From assembly GCA_951406725.2 (NCBI GenBank), contig OX597815.1, forward strand, positions 142,910,001 to 142,974,000: a DNA stretch of 64,000 nucleotides, read 5' to 3'. Numbering within the stretch: position 1 is the first letter of the stretch; each line of letters starts with the position of its first letter. This DNA comes from Octopus vulgaris. Lineage: Eukaryota. The position numbers were made by a program, and so were the translations under genes. The notes below the pieces were generated by a model. It was not told where the DNA came from, did not search any database, and saw only the letters and a program-made list of their open reading frames with translations. Below, one piece after another: positions 11,784 to 25,559 of this stretch.

Positions 11784-14189
11784 GAAAATAAAAATGAGAA
11801 AAAAGTGGAAATTTTACCGGTGAGTGTGTTATATTATAGAGCACAAAAAGAAAATGACTCTCCCCAGACACAAGAGAACTTATTTATTTGTTATTCAGAA
11901 AATACTCATTTCTCAGTGTTGTTATCTACCTGTTTAGTAAAGCGAAACCTTGACTTCTGAAGTCAAAAATATAATTTTAAATGTCTTTCACTGGATAAAA
12001 ATAATAAAATTGCTTAGATATTTCGAATCGAGAGGCAAGATTCGAAAGATATAGATTTCATTTGCTTAAATGAATATTAACGATATAATGAAATTGTTGC
12101 CGAAACCAAGAATTTATCTTGATATTTCAAACGGGCACCATGCGGGGATTTCGTTAAATCACTAAAACAATTAAGTTAAAAGCTATATCTTTCTTTTATT
12201 CAAGTTGACTCAATTTCCTTGAGTCACATAAACATTTTCCTCTTCTAGATCATCTTATTGAAAATACACAGAAATATAAAATAGATTTCAACGCGGATTA
12301 CTGAGTTAAATTACAATAACGGAAGTTTATAAATGTAGAAATAAGTGAATATATATGAATAATTTATCTCTTGGAACGAAAGATCTATTTATAAAACTTG
12401 AAATACTCCAATCTTCCAAAAACGCTTTATTCATTATGAATGCAAGAAGACAATCTGACCACTTGCGTTTGCAAGTTACGCTCAATAGCAGCTTGTGCAT
12501 ATTGCATAAATATCACTGACCGAAGCAGTATTGTTACTTTGTGATGAGGTCACTTCAGCTGTCTGTGCAAGTCAACGCACAGCTGCCAGATAGACACCGT
12601 GTAGAAGATTATTCGGTTCTTTAAAAAGTAACAGGCCTATTCATTCCTTATGCCAAGAAGACGCTTCTGGTTCAGAAACATTCACAGATTTTACTAATTT
12701 GAAGAAATGTCTTAAATTCCATACTCTTCGCAGCATCTTGTCATCTTCTCTGTTGCAAAGTCCAATATCTCTCTGACGTGATTGCATCTACTAATTTATG
12801 CTGAGTAGATAGGCAAGCAGTGTTCATGTCAAGGGGGTTTGCTGGTAGCAAGATTCATTATTCAGCTGTATTTAAGTCATTTGCTACTAGATCATGCCCT
12901 TATAATTTTTAGTAACATAGCCATATTCGTGGCACATACTCGTAGCAACATACTCATGGCAACATACCATATTCGTGCAAGACAGATGCAGAAAAAAAGT
13001 GAAATATTTAAATTGATGGATGGCGATTAGGATTTGAAAATTTTGGTTTTTCTGACCAATAACGACCAGACAATGACTGTGTTGGTTCGGATAATATTTA
13101 TTCCAGTATTTTGTATTGCTACGCCCGTTGTTGATATCTTGCATATACATTTAAAAGGTTGATTCTATACAAGTCAAGTAAGAATGCCTCAGTATTTTCC
13201 TGCAAAAGACAATACTCTTTTATTGAGGACATCAAGAATGTTTTTTTTCAAATTGTTCTACTTGAGCAGAGAACAAACCACAATTTCATAAGAAAGGTGA
13301 TCACGCTCTAATTAAAGATACGTAACAAAATAAAAGTTTGTATATTTGAATATGGACGTGAAAGTTTATTTTTCAACCACACGCATAACATAACTTTCTT
13401 TTACTGACACATATTTCATTTTGCTACTCCTTGTAATGATATGACATCCTCGGCTGTCATGAAATGTCAAGACAATATTTTTTTTTGTTTTGTTGAGTAC
13501 CACTTCTTTTCGTTCAGAAAGAAATTTATTCATGTCCCGTTCAGTGAAAACCTACTTAAGTAATCAACATATGGCATTTGGTAAGACCACATCTTATCAC
13601 GTAAGTTTGAGTTGTGAAACTGAAAGAAATACTGGTATTATCAAGTTAATAATGCGGCTATACTGCGTTGCAGAAAGTGAATACAAGTTTCTAATACGTA
13701 AAGCTCTTTACTCCATGAGATTATTGATTTTCAAAGCCACCGCTGAAATTTTTCATGGGTGGATTTTTGAATATCCTAAAAGGTCTTCTAAGGGTATTTC
13801 ACTTCCAACTATTAAATCCAGATTCTGTTTTCTCATCAACTAAACTTAACCCTTAAAAGCCAGCCCAAACTACGTTCATGTTAATTTGCCTCCTGATGCA
13901 CGTTAATTCTCTGTGTCTCTTTGAAACCTATTCCCATGCTCTGTTGCCAGGTAGCAAAGTGATTAGTACACTAGCTAATGTTCCAAGGGAAGCCTCATTT
14001 CATTCATTGAGTTCCGTAACATCCTCAGATAGTTATGTTGTGGTATATTCGGGTCTTCGCAGTTTTCCATCAGTAAGATTAACTTGAATCAGGATATTTG
14101 CCTCAACGTCACTCGACTTGTCATGGATGAGCGCTTTGATCATTAAGTGAGATGTTACACGAGAGAAATTTATGATTGGGTGCGTTTCC

Positions 14190-15150
14190 AAATGTTACTG
14201 AATATTTTGCTATATTACAAGAAAATAACAAATATGTTAAGTAAACTGAAGGAGGAATTACAACCGTATTTCGTGGTCTGCAACCACAACAGTCCCTTTA
14301 TAGGATCCAGTTAGCTCAAGACATCATCAGGAGGAACCACGTCCGGTTTCGGCCCCTACTTGTCTACCGTTTTGACGTGCCCCCCCCCCCTTCGTAGGTG
14401 TCTTCAGTTCTGGTGTTGGGTGCATTTCTTTCTTCTGTGTGGTCAGCGAGTGTCAGCCGGTGACTGACTGACTTGTCAAATTTTTTCCCTTTAAATACAA
14501 GTCAGTCAGTCACTTCCTCTATATTATTATTTCTTGTCTCGTTATGAACAATATTTTCTTTTCCTAATGTACGTTATTCTTTTGTTTCGGATACGTTGTT
14601 TGTTGAAAACGTCATTTTGAGTTAAATATTTTTTTTAAATAATATAATGGGTTTGTGATTCGTAAGTAAGGCTATTTGCAATCACAGGAACAATACGATA
14701 GGGGTTCATTTTAAGTTCATCTCGATTACATTATTCGTGTTGAGAAATAGCCTAAACAGTACTACTTATTGCCTGTAAAGAAGTGACTTTTGGTTTTCCG
14801 TACAGTTTCGCAATGACTTAAACTTCAACCTATCCGATTCTCCATAGAACTTCGGCTGAAATGTAACCGCATGAATGGCTAAATCAGATCCAGCTAAAAA
14901 TCTGTTGATACTTCGCACAGAAAAGGTTTTCGAGTGAAACCTTACCTTACTCAATACTTCACTCTTCATCAGGTAAATATAAGTACAATTTTGGACAATC
15001 GCACAATCTTAGATAAAACGCCTGGAATATTGTTGACTTTGTTTCACTCATTGACAAATAACAGTTTGGTGGATGGGAAATGTATTTTGTAGAGACAACT
15101 TTAGCAAACATAGCATAGTAAAATGAAAAGATAAGATTGTTAGTCACTTA
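14190..15150 (-). mobile_element. Degraded PLE: endonuclease-like remnant followed by HHR-bearing terminal region
   Basis: Minus-strand peptides YLRLCDCPKLY and KSLLYRQ, followed downstream by CUGAAGA...GAAAC and CUGAUGA...gtggt/accac-GAAA motifs at ~14260-14410. Confidence 0.4.
14460..14513. repeat. Perfect 17-bp inverted repeat
   Basis: gtgactgactgacttgt (14460-14476) pairs with acaagtcagtcagtcac (14497-14513). Confidence 0.9.
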
Positions 15151-15282
15151 AAATATGAAAGACACCTAATCTATCTTCACGTAATACATTGCCTGCGTGA
15201 AACTCAGAGTAACTGTTTAAGAACATTTTTCAGAGAAAGAAGATAACTGTACATGCATATATGTATATATACTTGTATATAT

Positions 15283-15347
<65 letters not shown>

Positions 15348-15526
15348 TTATTAAAAATAACATTAAGTCACAAGAAATTTAGCACTGCGCGGTATTTCTT
15401 TAAAAATTATAAAATTATGTCATTTTAAGGAAAGGAAAAAAATTTTATCTTCTCCAGACATTTTGACGCAAATATATATATTTTTTAACATTTAAGCCTT
15501 CTGGTTTTTTCACTCTTTACTATTTT

Positions 15527-15652
<126 letters not shown>

Positions 15653-15735
15653 GTACATATATATGTATATATACATGTGTGTATGTGTGTATAACACGAG
15701 GATGATTTTATGGAAGATCGTCCTTTATGATTAAT

Positions 15736-15893
15736 ATAATCATCATATCATCATCATCATCATTTAACGTCCGCTTTCCATGCTAGCATGAGTTGGACGA
15801 TTTTGACTGAGGACTGACGAACCAGATGACTGCATCAGGCTCCAATTTTGATTTGGCAGAATTTCTACAGCTGGATACCCTTCCTAACGCCAT
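15736..15893 (-). mobile_element. 3' end of RTE-type LINE or RTE-tailed SINE
   Basis: Reverse complement ends ...gcatggaaagcggacgttaaa(tga)n, the same kind of tail as the RTE ending at ~54937. Confidence 0.6.
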
Positions 15894-16182
15894 GTCCTTC
15901 CTAATATATTTGAATATTTTTTAGCAACAGGTGTGTGCTGGATTTTCATCCAATTGGATCTTTCTGAATACCCAGTGTGGAGCAGAAATAAATCTTGTGA
16001 TCTATTATTAAAGCCTGTTATCCTCCATCCTTGTGTTATATTATCCTTGTATTGATCTAATGCAAGGAGGAGTTCCACATGTGCATTTAGCCCCGGAATA
16101 TATCCTACTGTCGGATAACATGCGACAGCCAAACAGCGACAAAAGAGCTCTTAAATTACCGTTACGAGGTTTTTACTCCAAT

Positions 16183-16272
<90 letters not shown>

Positions 16273-17859
16273 GTGTAATTTCTATCTGTAAGAGTGTGTG
16301 TTAGCCAGGACACCATGTTTTCAAATAAATACAATTGAAAAATCTATAACAACAAAACTTATCAAAGCATTTCACGGATAATTTCATTTAAAAAAAAATA
16401 ACTTTATATCAGTTCGCTTCTGATGGCATAGTAAATTCTAAGTACGTAAAATAAACAATATAGGTATTAAATTATATATAACACAAGAAAAAAGTTTGAA
16501 AACATATGAGAAATTTTTCATAGAATTTGATGTAAAAACATAAAACGTTCACTATATTAAATGATGTATTTATTTGCAGAATTTCTCCTGAATTTTAATC
16601 ATAATTTTTCAAAAGCGTAAGTTATTGTGTCTACACAATATAGGTCTCTAACGATAAAACATTAATCCATTTAGAAATTTAAAAGTAAGCCAATGTGAAA
16701 TACATTAAATATAGGTCCTTAATGGACAGAGGTTGTATAAAATAGGTTAATGTCTGTATTTGCCTGCCGCCTCATAAGTAAAAAAAAAAACGTTGCTGAT
16801 GACGCGGATGATATGAGCTATTCATTGATTGTTAATTGCTTTTGCAGTTGACAATTAGAAGAATTTAACTTTCCTTCAGGTGGATATTGGCTTGTTATCG
16901 TTATTTACACTACGGTTTCAAATTGCATTTGAGTCAACTTTGTTTCACTTTTCTAGTGTTGATAGTATTTGTAATCATGAACTGTAGACGATTCTCTAGA
17001 CTCTAGTCTTTGTCAGTTCGTTTCTTGGAATTAATATGAGAAATCGTATCCTACTCTACTTAAAGCAGACATCATAGAAAAAATCAATTGCTGGCCCACC
17101 CAGAAGCGTGCCACAATACTTATGTTTAGTTATCTCATTTCACTTAGCATTAATGGTCTCAAAAATGTATAAACCTCTTGAAAGAGATCAACATACGATC
17201 AATAAATAAAGTTGATGTTTATCTTCAGATCAGCTTTGTGGAAGCAGAACTATAATCAAAATGCATTTTCGACATGATCATCATGTATTCATATATAAGA
17301 CTAGTATAAATTATCTGTCTAGTTTAAATTATATTGTGTGCCATTACTATTTTTAAGGCAGTAAAAGTGATTTCAAGGAGATGCAACTGCCATTACTAGC
17401 ATGTATAGCGCCTGCATATAAATCCGTGGTTGTTATGAAGTGATAAGGCAAAAATGAATAATTAATGGGACTAATGAGTTTTCCGTATTGAACTTCTGTC
17501 GCTACAGGTTGCGAGGGAAAAGTTTAACGGGTTTCAAAATTATCATTCGTTTTCAGACTTAGTAATCAATAATTATTAAGGTCACTTCAGCAACAAAAGC
17601 AAAAAGAAAACCGTTATGTTGTTGACATAGCAATGAATTGATGAATAGTTCAGGGTAGAGAAGTAATGCCAAGTATGTAAGTATTTGCTTATACTTTCCC
17701 TCCGTTGAAATATTTACGTTCTCTTTACATCTGCAACTTTTATTTTTTTCAGAAATGCATTAACGTCTCATAATCGATAGTTTTATAGAAAAAAAGTCTA
17801 ATTTGTTTTCGATGTAACTGCTTCCCTCTTATTCAAACGATATTTCTATGTAGCGAAAA

Positions 17860-18340
17860 ATCGTTCGAACTGGCCAATAAATTGCGATGCAAAATGCTGC
17901 TTCGCATATAAAAGTCTGTACTATACAAATTGCGTTCACTTGATGGGAAGAAATTACAGAACTAAGAAAATACTTCTTTTTTTTTGTAACAGTAGCAGCA
18001 TATAAAAACTTGGAGCCATTTTCATTCACAGCAATCATAGGTAATATAGGTCGAACGTAACGGAATATACCTTGAGTGTAAGATAATGCAGAGATGAGTG
18101 AGAAAACCTGTATGAAGACACCAGAAATCCTGTTGAGATTCATTGTTGGATGCAATCATTTAAACCATTTAAATAACTGCATTTATCAGTCAAGTCGGCA
18201 TCACCATAGATTCCTTAGCATCAGATAAACAATTCCACGTTTCAGAGAATATTGTTCAGAACAGGGTTTGTTTCAGGAACTTGCTATACTATAGTCAGCT
18301 GTAATGTCTGAAGAATCTCGATATGTTCACAAAATCAAGG
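17860..18340 (+). pseudogene. Degraded gypsy-type integrase remnant
   Basis: In order: HIKVCTIQ, EPFSFTAI..IG, GITIDSLASDKQF, FREYCSEQG. These resemble integrase CxxC, PF..V.ID, SDNG.QF and F..FC...GI motifs, with frameshifts. Confidence 0.35.
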
Positions 18341-18913
18341 AGTAATATCGATTTATACGGAGGAAACAACTAGCAGTTTTGGCACCAAATTATCAATTTT
18401 GTTGTAAAGCATTCCAATAAAAGTTGATTATGTTTTTTTAATGAGATCATCCTCTGTAGATTTATATTTTACCAAACGCACATTGAATGTTGTTTTAATA
18501 ATCCCCTCTGTTGATTAAAATCAACAAGCCAATTATGCATTCATCTGGGCTACAATAGTAAACGATAAGACAGGTCAAAACATCATAATATCCTAAAATC
18601 GTCACTGATTAGTATTATAGGTCAAACTAATAGCCTTGCAAATGTAGCTGTCCAATGGTTACAGTTAGTTAATTAAAAATTAAAAAGTAATAGTTCAGTG
18701 TCTCCATCAAACATTGCGTGTTACAAACACCAAAACGATTGCTCTATTCTATACCGAACTAAGTTGCTATTCAAAATGAAACAAGGATTTTCAATGGAGA
18801 GACAAGACTAGCCATTTTGTGGATACATGTACTTGATTCGGGTTATGCCAATATTTAACTGGTACTTTATTTTATTGGTCTCAGATGGAAAAAAGACAAG
18901 TTTCATTAAGACA

Positions 18914-18951
<38 letters not shown>

Positions 18952-19156
18952 CAATAAATATTAGGGAATAAATCCAAACTTACAGGGAAAAACCAGATTT
19001 AGGATTGAATCCAATTTTATAGTAAAATATTATATTATATTAAATTAGAGATAAAACCACTATTATGCAAATCAAACAATGAAAGACTTAAGCCAATACA
19101 TAAATTAATTTATATCATTTAGATATATAACAATTATTAAAAAATATAATTAATAT

Positions 19157-19219
19157 CCACTACGATTGTTTCCTGTCTTCTGTCATCAAATTTTTGAGTA
19201 GCAGACATTCATCAGGTGG
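19157..19219 (-). ncRNA. Type-I hammerhead ribozyme
   Basis: CCAC CUGAUGA a UGUCU..AGACA g GAA AC aauc GU A GUGG. Confidence 0.75.
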
Positions 19220-20211
19220 TTTCAAAATCTAAAATATAATCAATATTTTTAAAATATAAATAATCTATATAATCTAAAATAATAATTTACTTATAATAAA
19301 CTCTATTATTAAATATGATTATATCGAAATCGACTATAATGTTAAATATTAACTTTAATTTATAAGGTAGTATGATTATGGACATTTGCATATATATATC
19401 TATCTACAACTTATGCGGATGTGTGCGCTTGTATACACGTGTATCCGATGATGCGCGTGTACACACATATACATACACACGCATATGCATTTATTTATTT
19501 GTATGTGTAATATCCATATTAGTCTATATCTAATTATATAGATATTTAAAATGACTGATATATATAAATTATCAATGAAAATATATATAAATATTATAAT
19601 CAAGATCTAAAATAATCTCTATAAACAATTGTATATAATGAAAACCTAATATATTTAATTTTTCATATTTAAAGATGAAATAGCTAATTTCAAAATACAA
19701 ATAAACAAACTTAAACTGACTTTCGAAATCTTATGTAAAATACTTATAGAAATATTCCATTCTTAGTAATATAGTATTAAATAAATACTATAAGTACTAT
19801 AAACATAATTATGAATGGGAATAATTATCTAATATAAATTATGCTATTAAATTAGACATGGCCTAGACCATCTTTAGTCGAAGCATATCTAATTTTATCA
19901 AAGTTTATCTAAATTATTTAATATCTAATAACATAGAAAATTACGATAATTAGATCATTATATAAACAACAATATTTACATAAGGAGAATATTATTACTC
20001 CTAAGGCTTATACAATATTAAAAATTAACAATTTGAAGATCTAAAAGATACATACTTTCTTGGCGAGTTTTAGACAATGAACTAATTTTGAATCAAAAAC
20101 GTCTTATACAGCGTTTAAAAGAAAATTCATAGAATTACGTTATTAGCAAAAAAATAGAATAAATTGTTGAGAAATTCTTTGCGCGTGAGGCACCTACGTT
20201 ATCTAAAGATT

Positions 20212-20379
20212 ATGAGCATAAAATGTCCTAATTGTAAAGAAAGCTACATTGGTCAGACCAGAAATTTCTATGAACGAGCCAGAAGACAGAAAATTCTACT
20301 TGTTGAGCATATAGAAATGTGTGAGCACAGAACATTGAGAATATTTCCATTTCAATTAAAATTCAAGAAATATACATAA
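20212..20379 (+). pseudogene. Penelope GIY-YIG endonuclease remnant
   Basis: IKCPNCKESYIGQTRN...R...VEHIEMC...IFPF shows the PLE-specific CxxC before YIG and a downstream H..C. Confidence 0.8.
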
Positions 20380-20743
20380 TATTACAAAAAATGTAAACAA
20401 CACATTATTTATAAATTTTCTCTCAAATACACGCTCGGCTTAAAGAGACAAAAGATAACGTTGCTTATCTATAATTCATAAACGTTAGATAGTGACATTT
20501 TGAAAAATCTGCAACAGTTTATTATTAAGTATCATCTAGCCATCTAGCGGTTGCTCTGGGATACATTATTCATAATGTTTCTGGAATCTCCGAGTGTTCG
20601 GATCTTTTAAAACCCGATTCCCTCGTTCATTTGACCCAGTCGAGGCTGATTGAATCTCAGCTTACATCTCAGTAGCAGCAAGCCATTAGATTATATAGAT
20701 TATTTATATCTTAAAAATATTGATTATATTTTAGATTTTGAAA

Positions 20744-20799
20744 CCACCTGATGAATGTCTGCTACTCAAAAATTTGATGACAGGAAACGATCGTAGTGG
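20744..20799 (+). ncRNA. Type-I hammerhead ribozyme
   Basis: CCAC CUGAUGA a UGUC..GACA g GAA AC GAUC GU A GUGG: intact core, palindromic ACGAUCGU, GUA triplet. Confidence 0.8.
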
Positions 20800-21870
20800 A
20801 TATTAATTATATTTTTTAATAATTGTTATATATCTAAATAATATAAATTAATTTATGTATTGGCTTAAGTCTTTCATTGCTTGATTTGCATAATAGTGGT
20901 TTTGTCTCTAATTTAATATAATATTATATATATGTATATATATATATATATATTCAGAAAGTATAATGAAATTTCACTCATATCAAAATATTATGTTGGA
21001 TTTTGTGTGATTACTCGTGTGGTACTGGTAGAATGTAATCTAGTACAACCTACTGCATGCTCAGGTTGTCAGAAGCCTTCTAGCCTTTCCACCAAGCTTT
21101 CCTAGAGATTAGGATTACTAGAAATCCACCAGTTACAAAACAAGATTTGTGATAACGAGGGATGGACTCATTTTATCTAGCGAGAGGGGACTTAGAAGTT
21201 CGGGACTAATACCTTAGATGTTTGGAACAATTAACCGAGAAGCATCTCCCGGACTTCTGTTTCAAACATGTTTCTAGGAGGCGGCATTAAGAATATCCAT
21301 AGCTACACCAGTTGTATAAATGGTCTGGGTTCTACAGGCTAGGAAGGCAGCCAGATTAGGAACATAAACCCTCACTCTGTGAACGCCTATGAAGACGTAA
21401 AAAGGGTTACTCCCTCAGCCAGTCGTGCTGATAGAGAATTTGGGGGTCTACCAACCTTATTCATCCCCTAAAGAGCATGAAGATGGAACGAAAAATTAAA
21501 ATGGCTGTGTTTGAGGACTCTGGCCCTCAGCTAAGAAGTCGGCGATATTATTTCATTATGATAATTCTCTCCCCATTATGCCAGACACTGGTTCAAACGG
21601 AAATAATGGTAATAACTTGTGCATTTTATTCTTTTTTTTAAGAGATTTTAATGTAGACATTCATGAAATATCAGTTATATATATGCCATTCAAAGATTCA
21701 CAGACCAGTTTTAATTGATTTGCTAGATATTTGAACCAGGTTGTAAGAGTTTGGCAATAATTATTCCTTTGCGTAATTTTTTTGGTCATGGAAGTCTTAT
21801 AGTCTCTTCATTCATTACAAAAATGAAACAAATGAGAGAGTATTAATGACTATTATTTAAATTTCCTAAA

Positions 21871-22229
21871 AGGCGGAGAGCTGGCGCGCTGGGCAAAATA
21901 CTCAGCGGTATTTCGTCTGCCGCTACGTTCTGAGTTCAAATTCCGCCGAGGTCGACTTTGCCTTTTATCATTTCAGGGTCGATTAAATAAGTACCAGTTA
22001 CACACTGAGGTCGATATAATCGACTTAATCCGTTTGTCTGTCCATGTTTGTCCTCTCTGTGTTTAGTCCCTTGTGGGTTGTAAATAAATAGGCATTTCGT
22101 CTCCCCTTACGCTCTGAATTAAAAATCCGCAAAAGTCAGCTTTGCCTCTCATCCGTTCGAGGTCGATGTAATCGACTTAACCCCTCCCCGAAAGTTGCTG
22201 ATTTTGTGCCAAAATTGGAAAGCAATATT
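21871..22229 (+). mobile_element. tRNA-derived SINE with internal partial duplication
   Basis: ggcggagagctggc, B-box gagttcaaattcc, gtcgactttgcc, ataagtaccag. The block atttcgtc...ttgcc...ggtcgat..aatcgacttaa occurs twice. Relatives at 27066, 43012 and 59871. Confidence 0.75.
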
Positions 22230-23400
22230 TAAATTTGGTAGAATTATTTCACAGAAACCATATCACACGATTAGAGAAATATATTTTGCGTATTTGCCAT
22301 ACTTAATAATTTTACATCTATTGGTTATCAACGATAATCATATCGTTGATAACCCCATTTTACAATCTCGTAGAGTCATATTAATATATCATTTGAACTG
22401 ACCTTTGAACATCATCTCCACACATGGATTCTAAAAGTCATTCATTGTGTTAGTACCTAGAACGCAGCAACTGTTTATTGTATGGTTAGTATTAGGTCAA
22501 TCCTAAATGGGGAGACCTACGACCAAATGCATTCCCTCCGCGACCAGCCTGTCTTTTTATATAACCCGGAGAAATCTTGAATTCATACTGAATAAATAAT
22601 GGCAACTGTCTCACACCTAACACCTCAGCCATGAAGTTCGCAATATTCATTTATTACGCTATCCTCAACCAATTATGATAAATTCTGTTTCGAACAGAAA
22701 TTAATACTGAAACGTGTCCTATTTTCTAGAACTACAATGTATCACGAGCTAAATTACCCGATGTGAGATTTGTTTTTAAGACTGATTTTTTTTTTGCATC
22801 TCTTTCAACCACGTAATGTTTCTCTCGTCTTCTTGTGTCACTAAATAGTTAGTTCCCACGCTTATAATTACTAAGCGCGAATGATGCAGTTTTAGTGGAT
22901 AATAAAAAGTTACAGTACAATCTTATTACCTTTCAAGACTCCTGCAGTGATTTCGAGGCTGTCCGTGTCCCGGTCATGTGATCGAAATATAGTTGTTGTG
23001 GATCTCCATTATCTAAGCTATATTTCTGAGAAGCACGAAGACTTGGTTCCAGTTTCCCTCGTAGACAGAGTTGAAAACAGGTAGTTTTGGCCCTGACTCT
23101 CCGAACGATTCTTTGCACTGTGAAGACCTGTCCAATAATAAAGGATTTTTTTCTTTATTGCGTTTTGGTTTCTTCGTAATGCTTTTCCGAGTTCTGGTCG
23201 TCTGCAGTACAGCAACAATTTATCTTGGTGTCAATAGTTTCTTTTTAATACAAAAATTAACAAAATTACATTTCTTGGAGAATAGCAGAATACAAACTTC
23301 AGTCTAATTTTGCAAACCTTTTCCGAATATATACTGCATTACAAAATAGAACTAGGATAACACTGAATCCTTCTGTCTTCTTATACATCTGGTGGTATAA

Positions 23401-23430
23401 TTATACATCTCCACTGATGGAGATGTATAA
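23401..23430. repeat. Perfect 13-bp hairpin
   Basis: ttatacatctcca-ctga-tggagatgtataa. Confidence 0.85.
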
Positions 23431-23619
23431 ATTCGTCCTACAAAGGTGTTTACTTTGTATCATCAGTATCATTAGAACGTCATCACGATCTGATTATCTT
23501 CAGAAAACCTTCCTCTGTGGAATTGTTGGATCAGTGCATTCGTAATGGTCCACTACTTGGACAGTCACCTAGGGTGCCCAAGTAAGAGATAAAGTTTGTT
23601 GTACTCCAGTGGGTAAGGT

Positions 23620-23900
23620 TTCATGGCGCTTACCCTGAGCATCTTCTGAATATCACATGGAAACAATCATTTCATAAAACAAAGCAGATGTCGTTTGAGA
23701 GAATGCATTTAGTAGGACATTGCTGGAGAGCTAAAGAAGAACTCATTACTAATACAGTGTTATTGTTCACCCTTCATGAATATGTACGGCAAATCCTTCA
23801 TCAATCAGTTATATTCTGACACATGATGTTACTTTATTTACCTCTCAAAATATTATGTAGGATCATAATAACTTTTAGCGTCAAATCGAGGAAATCTGAA
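23620..23900 (+). pseudogene. Degraded RTE/RTE-X LINE 3' region
   Basis: LLNITWKQ and MHLVGHCWRAKEELI resemble the RTE C-terminal motifs L.I.W and L..AGHC.R..E. Confidence 0.5.
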
Positions 23901-24444
23901 CAAGTTTTATCTTGATGATAAATTTTAATTTGTTCTATTATCATTTACATCGCCAGTTGGTCCACTGATTATGAAAACAGAAGGAATATTAATGAAAACG
24001 TCCCTGCTATCTTCTCAGATTATTCCAAATATTATAAATTTCAGATTATGTGATCAAGCACTAGAGCTGCTAAATGGCTACTTGACTCCCCAAAACTTCA
24101 GGCGAAATTTCTGCCTTGAAATTTTTCTGATTGAATGTATGGTAATTCGAGCTAAGAGAAATATGTAAAGCAAATTTGCTAGACTTTCGTAACAGGTTCT
24201 ATATAAATTCCAATATAAACTACAATTACATAACACTAAACTACATTGGTAGAATTTTCCAACCGCAAATGTTTGCAGAGAATTATTTATATTCACTGAA
24301 GGGAATATCTTAACTATTTGTAAATGTGCATTTGCGAATAATATATCATTATCGTGAAATTGTATGCTTGAGTGTACACATACTCACAAACACACATGTG
24401 GATGCTTATATGCACATGTGTATATGTGTATGTGTGTGTTGCGG

Positions 24445-24482
24445 AGATAGATAAATACATAGATAGATAGATAAATGGTTAC

Positions 24483-24544
<62 letters not shown>

Positions 24545-24545
24545 T

Positions 24546-24628
<83 letters not shown>

Positions 24629-24916
24629 TGATAGATAGATGTTTACATATATGTATACAGGTCTACGTGTGTAGGCATATTTTAGTGAGTATATACTACT
24701 CAATGGAAATCTACGTTAGTCAAATTCAATGTGAACCTCTGATAATTCTAGTTATTAGTGGAAATGTTTGCATAATTCAGTAAATGCAAATATGTACGGC
24801 AATATATGTAAATGTACTCACATCTATGTTTCTTTCCCCATTTCGAAATCGCTTTCCTTCTCACTCTATCTGTCTATCTTCATGGCCTTATATATACATG
24901 CACACATTTACACATA

Positions 24917-24988
<72 letters not shown>

Positions 24989-25095
24989 TGTATGTATGTA
25001 TGTATGTATGTATGTATGTATGTATGTATGTATGAATGTATGTATGTATGTATGTATGTATGTATGTATGTATGTATGTATGTATGTATGTGTGT
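24445..25095. repeat. (TAGA)n, (TA)n and (TATG)n microsatellite cluster
   Basis: Read directly: ~24445-24640 and ~24920-25095. Confidence 0.9.
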
Positions 25096-25559
25096 GACTG
25101 GGTTTATGTTTATATGTGTATGTGTGTGTGTTCATGTTTGAGTGTATCTGTGTATATAAGCATAAGGTGCGTATGATATACTGTGTATAGATATTTGTTT
25201 TTCGGTGAACGTATTTGAATTTGGGATCTAAATTGTCGTTTTCTTGAAGTGTACTATGTGCAGGTAGCGGCTGCATCCTTCTTATTGGCTTAGTACAATA
25301 CATATTTGAGTAATTATATGTCATCCATACAGAAACGCACGCGAACATAGGTATTCATATGAGAATACATATATGTGTACAGACTAAAATTAACGAATGA
25401 ATTTATTAGAAAATAATCAAATGCAAAGCACATTCATATACATGGTTGCACAAATTTCCACAAACAACTATTGGGAGCTCTAAATTATCAGTATATTTCT
25501 CTATTCAAGCCACTTCAAAGGTTTTGTTTCTTTGAACTCCTCCATAGCACATAAAATTT

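Larger units (their letters stand above)
10068..11872 (-). mobile_element. 5'-truncated Penelope-like element with inverted pseudo-LTR (family E)
   Basis: GIY-YIG remnant at 11270-11521. Segment ~10123-10740 (excluding the Helitron insert) is the reverse complement of ~11650-11872. The left copy has an extra tail ending at (TTTA)n. Confidence 0.8.
18951..20930 (+). mobile_element. Penelope-like element (family D) with ~240-bp inverted pseudo-LTRs, in (TA)n
   Basis: Segment ~19030-19277 is the reverse complement of ~20687-20927. Each arm has a canonical HHR, there is an internal GIY-YIG remnant, and (TA)n lies on both sides. Confidence 0.85.

Noticed and set aside
12400-14150. Coding-like composition, including ~14-bp repeats at ~12925-12978
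   Set aside because: Possibly an old transposon, but no motif could be recognised in any frame.
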